Shown piece after piece: positions 54,795-64,000 of a DNA stretch of 64,000 nt. Source of the stretch: Octopus sinensis (taxonomy: Eukaryota); assembly GCF_006345805.1 (NCBI RefSeq), contig NC_043009.1, forward strand, positions 11,532,001 through 11,596,000. The letters are read 5' to 3'. A program made the position numbers and the translations under genes. Position 1 is the first letter of the stretch; the number at the start of each line of letters is the position of its first letter. A model generated the notes under the pieces. It saw only the letters and a list, made by a program, of their open reading frames with translations. It did no database searches and was not told where the DNA came from.

Positions 54795-55151
54795 GCACTT
54801 GTGCTTTGGGAACCAGACAAAAATTGCTGCAGCTCGGCTGGGATGTGTTACCCCACCCTCCATATTCACCAGATATTGCTCCATCGGATTTCCACTTATT
54901 CAGGTCTCTGTAGAATAGTCTTAATGGCAAAAACCTCAATTCCTTGGATGACGTAAAAAGACACCTTGATGAATTCTTTGCCATGAAACCACCTCAATTC
55001 TGAGAAGAGGGTATTTTCAAGTTAAAGGAAGGATGGAGACGCATTGTGCAACGAAATGGTCCATATTTGGTTGATTAAAAATGTAATGGCAAGTATTTAT
55101 TGACCTTTTTCTTTCTTTTAAAAGTCGGCACAAACTTTCTGGACAACCCTA
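54795..55151 (+). mobile_element. Mariner 3' fragment with right terminus
   Basis: LGWDVLPHPPYSPDIAPSDFHLFRSL with stops; ends cacaaactttctggacaacccTA. Confidence 0.9.
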
Positions 55152-55250
55152 TACTTTTCTTCTGTATACACGTAATGACCAACACATTATGAGCAAAATT
55201 GGATAAACGGAAACTGTATGGGACCCCATCGGATGTACACACACACATAG

Positions 55251-55282
<32 letters not shown>

Positions 55283-55592
55283 ACACACATACACACACAT
55301 GCACGCACACACATACATACATACATACATACATACATACATACATACATACATACATACATACATACATACATACATACATACAGAGAGTGAGCATGCT
55401 CATCGCATTGTATCTCAGTATTCACACTGCCATGAACATAATATTTCCAGCAAAACAGGCTCACTTCTTTGCATCTCAGCCTTCTCATGTCCTCCACATT
55501 CAATGTTCGTGTTTTTCCTACTTTGCAATGCATAACAATGGATAAAATGCAGTAAGAAGACAGACAAACTTTAAAAAAGCGTTACAACTTAC

Positions 55593-55665
55593 AGTGAGTA
55601 ATATTCCGTGGTTGATCATCTGTGGGTTTATCATTCCAGGATCCCAGCAACCCATTAACTTTATA
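55593..55665 (-). CDS. SUSD2/Mesh-like membrane protein, exon A (end of VWD domain): YKVNGLLGSWNDKPTDDQPRNITH
   Basis: Acceptor ttcttcag and donor gtaagt on minus strand; 73 nt, phase 0 to 1. GLLGxxNxxPTDD is the motif that ends VWD domains in the SUSD2/Mesh/MUC4 family. I did not identify upstream exons in the window. Confidence 0.85.
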
Positions 55666-55734
55666 CTGAAGAATATAAAATATCACAATATTTAGTGAAA
55701 AAAAAAATGTGTAGTAATTCACTCCGTTATTTAT

Positions 55735-55956
55735 ATATTTCTTAACTACCCACAAGAGGGAACAAACAAGGACAGACACACGGATTAAGTCGATTACATC
55801 GACCCCAGTGCGTAACTGGTACTTAATTTATCGACCCCGAAAGGATGAAAGGCAAAGTCGACCTCGGCGGAATTTGAACTCAGAACGTAGCGGCAGACGA
55901 AATACTGTTAAGCATTTCGCCCGGCGTGCTAACGCTTCTGCCAGCTCACCGCCTTA
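55735..55956 (-). mobile_element. SINE family B
   Basis: Reverse complement of the family B consensus. Confidence 0.85.
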
Positions 55957-56459
55957 GGGATGACCTGCATTCAACAACAGGCATGCATGCTTATACGCAT
56001 TTTTGATACTCCGCTTGCTCACGCATGTACCTGAAATTAAAAGAAAATTATTGAGGGAGATAATGCACTAGATTGTCAGTTTAAAGGTTTTCTTAGTTCA
56101 AATCCTTATGAAGTATTTATTCGCCTACTTCAGAAAGGCATTAATGTTTACGAGCTTCAGTTAACATACACGCCGGGTAATTTGTGAAAATCTCATCCAT
56201 AATTTCCTGGTGTCTCATACAGAAGGAAATTAATCTTTCATTAACTTAATGAAATTAAAATGGAGATAAACAGCAGCACTATATCTGTGGAAATTACTAC
56301 AGACGTCTTTAGATGCAATGGACATGCCACGTTAAAACCCTTATATACTGATGTAATGCAAAGTTTGTAGTAATATATCTGTGTGTGTGTGTCTGTAAAT
56401 GTGCGTATGTAATACATGCAACACACACATATACATACACATTAATACATACATGCATG

Positions 56460-56677
56460 TACGAAAGGTGGTGAAAAGTTCTTGGCTTTGGGTAAAGAAA
56501 AATACAGGAGGGTCAGTTAATTAATCGTATTTAATACATTCCCCTCTCAGATTCACACACTTTTTATAGTGGTCCTTATGTTTTCTAAGCCCTGTGAAAA
56601 AACCTGGGAAGGCTTAGCCTCTAACTGGGCCTTTCGCGATATCCCTAAAACCAGGAATTTGTCAGCGCCCCATCGTA
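56460..56677. mobile_element. Mariner-type MITE
   Basis: Imperfect TIRs tacgaaaggtggtgaaaagttc / ggaatttgtcagcgccccatcgta with TA ends. Same family as 61505-62252. Confidence 0.7.
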
Positions 56678-57029
56678 CACGTGCAAACCCATACATGTTT
56701 ATGTGTTTTCCCGTGCACATACATATTTATGTACTTACGACCGTCTTCATCGGGTTCACATTTGCACTATCCAGTTGGCCACAGCATTGTGTCAGAGGTG
56801 AGAGTAAGAACAACCGCCACGGACAGAGGTACGGTTGAGTGGTAAAGAAGCTTCCCTTCGCAAATGTGTTGCGAAGGCAAACCTTTTCAGGTTCGATCCC
56901 TCTGCACAGCGTTGGGAGTAAAAAATAGTAGACAGAAACTAGGAGAAAATCCGCTGGGAAGGTAGGTGCTTTGCTTAACCAGGAGATTAAACACACTTTA
57001 ATATTACAGCTGGCCATTAGCGACTTCTA

Positions 57030-57536
57030 GAAAAGTCCACTCCATTGCGAGCATTCACGTCAGGTGCCCGATCAAACGATAGCTTTGAAGCGTTTGGGGG
57101 AGGACATTCGGCGAACGCGATCGGATCTGTGGAGCGCGAAAAAGTGGATTCTACACAACGATAATGTCCCTTGTCATCAAGCTCTCCTCTCTCTTGAGTT
57201 TCTCGCCAAAAACAACATGGTATTGCTTCTGAGCTCACTCTATTCACCAGATTTAACACCTGCGGACTTTCATCTCTCCCCCAAGATGAAAATGCAGCTC
57301 AAAAGTCATCGTTTTAACACTGTTGTCGAGGAGATCCAGAGCGATTCGCAGAAGGTTCCCGACCCGCTTACCGAAAATGATTTCCAGGCCGGATTCCAAA
57401 AGTGAGCAGGAAAGCTGGGACCAGTGTATTGCTGCGCAAGGTAACTATTTTTAAGGAGATGGTGTTAAAACTTAGGTAAATAAGTTAGTTTTTATTAAAC
57501 ATAACACTTCCAGAAACCTTTCCACTCTACCTCATA
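57030..57536 (+). mobile_element. Mariner 3' fragment (DDD catalytic C-terminus)
   Basis: WILHNDNVPCH...YSPDLTPADFHLSPKMK; ends in ctcaTA before a microsatellite. Confidence 0.85.
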
Positions 57537-57612
57537 TACATACATATATACATGCATACATACATACATACATACATACATACATACATACATACATACA
57601 TACATGCATATA

Positions 57613-57660
<48 letters not shown>

Positions 57661-57731
57661 TATATATATATTATATAATGTATGTATATATATATGTATA
57701 TATAATATATATATATATGCATATATATATG

Positions 57732-57804
<73 letters not shown>

Positions 57805-58702
57805 ATATATATGTATAAACTCACCTCCTCTCTTCATCCGACCCTAATCTCACACGGATTCCCACACACTTCCCACATTCAACTGCCCCCATCCACCTAC
57901 ACATTTTGCTTACCGCCTGCCTCAGTACCCTAACTACACACACACACGCATCACTATAAAACATAGTTACATGCTATTCTACTCGTCACTCATTTCGCAG
58001 ACCATTACACACGCATACCCACAACACCTTTCCACTCCACATGCACCAGAAACGACCGTTTCTCATCACCCATACCGCACAACATTATCCACGCACCTCA
58101 CACACAATCTTCAATAGCGACACCACATATATCATTATACGAGCAACCACACACACTGTTGAACTCAATACACGCATCACACACCATCATGCACACTTCC
58201 ACACCCTCATAAGCACATGATACCTGAACTCAGACAATATACACATACACATACAACATGCACAAGCACGTACAACACGCATAGGTAATGATAGCTTTCA
58301 CCCACAAGCATACGCTATACACATGCACACTATTTGGTCACACACACACACATACACACATACACATGTGCACACACCACTTGGAAAAGCACACATCAAC
58401 TGGTACACACAACACACACACAGCTTACACACACACCTTACACACACATACATACACACGTCAGACTCACTCGCCCCCATTCACACATACACACTCACAA
58501 ACACAAACGCACGCGCACTTTAGTTCGTTGGGATCACTATTATTATCTCCCTTTCGTTCAACCTATTTTTTATTATCTCCCTTTCGTTCAACTTTTTTAG
58601 TCATCCAGCCATGTTGGGCCGGTAAACTCTATACAGTTTTTTTCTCTCTCCGTTATTTTATTATTATTATTTTTTCATTCTCTCCATTATTTTCTCCTAT
58701 TC

Positions 58703-58738
58703 CTTTCTGTCGAAGAGCATAGGCTCGAAACGTGAAAG
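58703..58738 (+). ncRNA. Minimal hammerhead-like variant (CTGTCGA-A core, GTG triplet so probably inactive)
   Basis: CTTT CTGTCGA A GAGC atag GCTC GAAAC GTG AAAG. Confidence 0.4.
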
Positions 58739-58879
58739 ACTTTTCCATTTTTCCCGAGCGTTAAACTAATATATCTGCTTGTTGTTCCTACACCTGTGTT
58801 CGTCTTTCATATTTTTTTTTGTAAATTTGAACATTATACATATATATATATATGTATGTATATATATATATATATATCA

Positions 58880-59046
58880 GGCATGGAGCTTACAAATATA
58901 ATTCCAAGTGCAGGCTTTGCTTATTAGAGAAAATGCACATATTATTCAAAGACAATAATTCTTTGAATCAAAGAAGTGAGTTAATGAACTTATGTAGGCA
59001 CGCGGCTAAATTTAAAATGTCGAATATAAATATACCATATGGATAG
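58880..59046 (+). mobile_element. Penelope-like element fragment, C-terminus of the GIY-YIG endonuclease region
   Basis: KCRLCLLEKMHILFKDNNSLNQRSELMNLCRHAAKFKM matches the CxLCLxEK...LNxRSEL...CRH motif that ends Penelope ORFs. Confidence 0.75.
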
Positions 59047-60065
59047 AGTATATATTTTGTATTTTGATTTTTGATTTTGATTTTGACTCTTGAGCGCTAC
59101 GACGGACCTATAGCAAAGTCTTATTGTTTCTACATATATATTAGGAAAAACCTACAAACTTTGTTTTCATGTTATTGTATTGCATAAGATTACCTTGATT
59201 ATTTATATTACCTTGATTATTTATATTACCTTGATTATTTATAAATGACCCAAAATAGGATGTTATATTTTATTTTATATGTCTTTCGTATATATTTTTA
59301 TTAATGCACCCATTTTTTAAAAGCAATGTTTTTTTAAAAAAAGCAATGTTGTCAAATTTAGAATGTTTATATAAGTTTGTGTATAGCAAAGCATATGTAT
59401 TTGTAAGCATGCGTATCTGTGTATGTGTAAGTGAAAGTATGCTTGTGCTTAAGCACGCATACACACGACGGTATGTATATGTATCAATTCAAACTTGTGT
59501 ATGTATACTGGCCTCTATAGATGCCAATAATATCGCTACAAGTTTTTCCCCACCCCTCCTTCGTTCCTTTTTCTCTCTTTCCCTTTCTTTCGTTCCCCCT
59601 CCTTGCTCAGTATATGAGAATTGCTACATAGATGAATTTTAGCTTGCGTGCGAGACGGTTTGCGTGAATATATGTACACATGCTTTTATGTGTATAATTT
59701 AGATTCATATTCATACGTCTGTATATGTATGTATGGCGTTTACGCGCATCCTTTTGTGTATGTTGATATATATATGTGGATTTTAATATAAATATGTATT
59801 GCAGTATTTATAACAGGTTTAATTTCTATGCATTATTTGTACTGTCTTCATTAACGGCAATAGGTTTTTTCCTCGGTTTTTTCCTCGGATTTTATAATTT
59901 TTATAAGTTTTTTTATATATATATACATATATTTTTGACCTTTTTGTTTATCGCTCGAAGATTGACCGTTTTTTCTAAAGGGCCAATCAAACAAGTCCAT
60001 TTCTTTTTAAAGGTGTAGCGTTTGTAAGAGTATAGATTGAATTAATATATATGTTCCATTCTAGC

Positions 60066-60113
60066 AAAAACTGTCTGATGAACGGCAACGAGAAACTCAG
60101 AGTAACAGATTTT
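60066..60113 (+). ncRNA. Solitary compact type I hammerhead ribozyme-like motif
   Basis: CTGT CTGATGA A CG GCAA CG A GAAAC TCAGA GTA ACAG: stem I 4 bp (plus AAAA/TTTT), GNRA-capped 2-bp stem II, 3-bp stem III, GTA triplet. Confidence 0.6.
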
Positions 60114-61149
60114 GTTGAATTTTCTGTTGCTTAAAATAAAGTATATATATATATATATATTATATATATATATATAATATATATATATATATATTACATT
60201 AATGAAGGCAATGATAAAAATATTAAAGGTGAACACATACTAGTGTTGTATTCATTTCCCTAACAATGTATTTGTAGCAATTACGCGTAATCCTTATCTC
60301 TTTATACATAGATACATAAATACATACATACATACATATATATATATACTACAAATATAGTATCCTGTATATATATATGCGTGTGTGTGTGTGTGTGAGT
60401 GTGTATGTATATTCATGTTTTTAATAAATATATATATATATATATGCATATGTATATATAAACATATATATATATATATGCATATGTATATATATACATA
60501 TATAAAAAGTATGTGTGTGTGTGCCCAAATATCTGTGATGTGACACAAGTGTGTGAACATGGAAGGAAACACATAGATGTGATTCAAAGCAAAGCGTTCA
60601 CTGTGGATGTGAAAGAGAGGGAGAGAGTGAGGGAGTGAGAGGGAGACGGTAATTATCTAATTAAATGAATACTGCGTATTTACACCAGACATCCAAGTGG
60701 ATACAAGCGATCATAAGAGGGCGCGATGCGAGAACTGGAAATAAAAATGGTGGATGTAACGTGATGTAGCGTGTAACGTCAGGTTGTTGAAGTGTTTTGG
60801 CTGAAGATTTAATTACAGTTTTGCCTATAAGACAAGCTATAAAAAAAATCAAGCACAAATCAAGGAGTGACCCTTAACGTGATGATTCCATCTGAAAGAA
60901 ATAGTAAATTATGGTTTCAGATCATAACTTACCATCTTAAAATTCGTGAAACACTTATCAATATGCAACGAGGTACATTAATTGTCCATTAATTATAGCG
61001 AAGAAAAAAAAAGCATAGGGTATTTATAGTTCTGATGATTTCTGCTTGTATATCGACCCGATCGAGTCTTGCCTACGACTAGACAAATACAGACGCACGC
61101 GCACACACATATACACGCATACATACACATACATTTATGTATACATACA

Positions 61150-61412
61150 TACATACAGACGGAAACTGAAAGAAGCCTGTCGTATATATGTATATATATA
61201 TATGCGTGTGTATGTTTGTCCCCCTAGCATTGCTTGACAACCGATGCTGGTCTGTTTATGTCTCCGTTACTTAGCGGTTCGGCAAAAGAGACCGATAGAA
61301 TAAGTACTGGGCTTACAAAAGAATAAGTCCCGGGGTCGAGTTGCTCGATTAAAGATGGTGCTCCAGCATGGCCGCAGTCAAATGACTGAAACAAGTAAAA
61401 GAGAAAAAAGAG
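61150..61412 (+). mobile_element. SINE family A, 5'-truncated
   Basis: gacggaaactgaaagaagcc...tgactgaaacaagtaaaagag. Confidence 0.8.
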
Positions 61413-61504
61413 TATACATACATACATACATACATACATACATACATACATACATACATACATACATTCATGCACACACACATATGTGTATATATGTATG
61501 TATA

Positions 61505-61819
61505 TAGGGTGCTGAAAAGTTCCTATCTTTACTCTTACTTTTTTACTCTTTTACTTGTTTCAGTCATTTGACTGTGGCCATGCTGGAGCACCGCATTTAA
61601 TCTAGCAAATCGACCCCAGGACTTATTCTTTGTAAACCTAGTACTTATTCTATCGCTCAACTTTTGCCGAACCGCTAAGTTACGGGGATGTAAACACACC
61701 AGCATCGGTTGTCAAGCAATGTTGGGTGGGAGGAGACAAACACAGACACACAAACATATACATACACACATGCATATATATACATATATATATATATATA
61801 ATATATATATATATAGTAT

Positions 61820-61873
<54 letters not shown>

Positions 61874-62252
61874 CATACATATATATATACATATATACGA
61901 CGGGCTTCTTTCAGTTTCCATCTACCAAATCCACTCACAAGGCTTTGGTCGGCCCGAGGCAATAGAAAAAGACTCTTGCCCAAGGTGCCACGAAGTGGGG
62001 CAGAACCCGGAACCATGTGGTTTGCAAGCAAGCTACTTACCACACAGCCACCCCTACGCGTGTGGGTAAAGGAAAATACTGGGGGATCAATTAATTATGA
62101 TTTTATCCAGCATAGTCCTCTCTCAGATTTGCACACCTATTGCAGAAATACTTCAGTTTTTCTTAGCCCTGTAAAAGAACTCGGAAGGGTGGGCCTCCAA
62201 CCAAGCTTTTCGCGATACCCTTAACGCCAGGAACTTTTCAGCACCCCTCGTA
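61505..62252. mobile_element. Mariner-type MITE interrupted by a nested SINE
   Basis: Perfect 18-bp TIRs GGGTGCTGAAAAGTTCCT (61507-61524) and AGGAACTTTTCAGCACCC (62229-62246). The interior matches 56460-56677 once the SINE is removed. Confidence 0.8.
61531..62055 (-). mobile_element. SINE family A (full length), nested in a MITE
   Basis: Homologous to 261-670. Confidence 0.85.
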
Positions 62253-63449
62253 TATATTGTTTTGAGTATTTGATTTCTGATGGTGTCTGTGACATGCGGT
62301 AAATCTTGCAGACTCTTAGACATGTCGGAGGTCGTTAGACTTCATGTTTGATCATAAGTAATTTCTTTTATAGCGTACCGAATTGTTGAACCAATAGAGA
62401 CCCTCGCCTTGAATCACAGAAACAGAAAGTGAACTTGGGAAAGAAATAAACAGAATGAGCGATCAGATAAAGGGGATGAATGAGGGAAAGAGGAAGTGAA
62501 AAGAAGAGGAGAAGAGTGTAATAAACAGAGAGAGAGAGAGAGAGAGACTTTGTGTGTGTGTGTGTGAAAAGAAATAATGATTACAATAGTAAAAGTCGGG
62601 CAAAGAAAGATGTAAATGTGTAGGTTAGACGAGAAAGACTTGACAAGAAGGCGTTTTAAAATAGGGAAATTTTCAAATTGCTTGAAAGAGAGAAGTAGGT
62701 AATCGGAATAGTAAATAAAGAGATACAAAGAGAGGTTTCGCAGATCCAAATAGCAAATGAATAGTTGGTGGGAGAGAGAGAGAGGGGGGATGAGAGAGAG
62801 AGAGAGAGAGAAGGAGGGAAGGAAAGAAATATTTATTCCTAATTGTCAAAGATAATAGGAAGAAAAAAAATTTAACTCATGCCTTGAGGCGTCAAGCGAA
62901 CTTACAGAAGAATTGGTTCATTACACTAAAGCGCACAAATATGTAATGTCACACGCATGTGCACAAAGGTGCAATTAACCCCCCCCCCCCTGCACACAAA
63001 TACACAATGACACATTCATGCACAAATGTGCAATGACATTCAGACACACACACACACACATAGGCAATTACAAACTACGCGCATGTGCAATGACAGATTA
63101 AGTCAGTGGTATAACTGCCGTGTCCCTTAATTCAGTCATACCATTCACAACAAACCTAGTTTCAGTACGTATATACACGCTGTGTATATACACGCTGCTG
63201 TGTATATACATAGCTATTCTCAAACTGAAGAGAGATTCTCATCCACACACACACACACACACATACACTCACACTCACACACAAACACATACACACTCAG
63301 ATGCGCGTAGAGACAAACATACATATATGTATGCCCATGTGTGTGTTTGTAGATGTATAATTGTCTAGGTAGACAGACATACAGACAGACAGAAAGAAAG
63401 ACAGACAGACAGACGGACAGATAGATAGATAGATAGATAGATAGATATA

Positions 63450-63483
<34 letters not shown>

Positions 63484-63646
63484 TACAGACAGACAGACGA
63501 ACAGATAGATAGATAATATTGTGTGTCTGTGTATGTGTGTGTATCTGTTTATGGGTATGTGTGTGTGTGTGTGTGTGTATGTGTGTGTGTGTGTGCTAGT
63601 GCGTGTATATAGAAGCGCATGGCTTACTGGTTTTTAGTGTCGAACT

Positions 63647-63975
63647 CTTACTCTTTTACTCTTTTACTTGTTTCAGTCATTTGACTGAGGCCATGCTGGA
63701 GCACCTCCTTTAATCGAGCAAATCAATCCCAGGACTTATTCTTTGTGAACCTAGTACTTATTCTAGCGGTCTCTTTTGCCGAACCGCTAAGTTACGGAGA
63801 CGTAAACACACCAGCATCGGTTGTCAAGCGATGTTGGTGTGTTTACGTCTCCGTAACTTAGCGCTTCGGTCTCTTTTGCCGAAGCACTAAGTTACGGAGA
63901 CGTAAACACACCAGCATCGGTTGTCAAGCGATGTTTGGGGAGGGGAGACAAACACAGACACTCAAACATACACAC
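63647..63975 (-). mobile_element. SINE family A with an internal duplication-inversion
   Basis: Tail homology; rearranged at 63767-63935. Confidence 0.8.
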
Positions 63976-64000
63976 ACACACACCACACACACACACACAC

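Noticed and set aside
60860-60960. Candidate upstream VWD exon (DGIITLRVTP) with a 41-nt intron
   Set aside because: The intron is implausibly short and the frame hits a stop without a good donor.

Overview
AT-rich, microsatellite- and SINE-dense eukaryotic DNA whose repeat families look like those of an octopod cephalopod (organism is inferred, not proven). Almost all entries in the ORF track are artefacts of (TA)n, (CA)n, (GATA)n repeats or transposon remnants. One real host gene can be built by hand on the minus strand: the 3' five coding exons (55665->39138) of a SUSD2/Mesh-like type I membrane protein (end of VWD, Cys linker, sushi/CCP, transmembrane helix, short tail). All splice sites are GT-AG and phase-compatible. 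The main surprise lies in its last intron (39244-44060): an ORF-less array of ~470-bp units (40216-42530, plus a diverged copy at 42563-42900) in which every unit carries a type I hammerhead ribozyme fold. The units form a large palindrome, giving a retrozyme-like or Penelope pseudo-LTR-like structure. Several other hammerhead-like motifs, including core variants, occur in (TA)n-flanked cassettes, one near a Penelope GIY-YIG fragment. The rest comprises R4/Dong-like, CR1-like and L1/Tx1-like LINE fragments, mariner fragments, MITEs, a non-autonomous Helitron and at least four tRNA-derived SINE families. All structures were folded by eye; none was computed or tested, and repeat boundaries are approximate.
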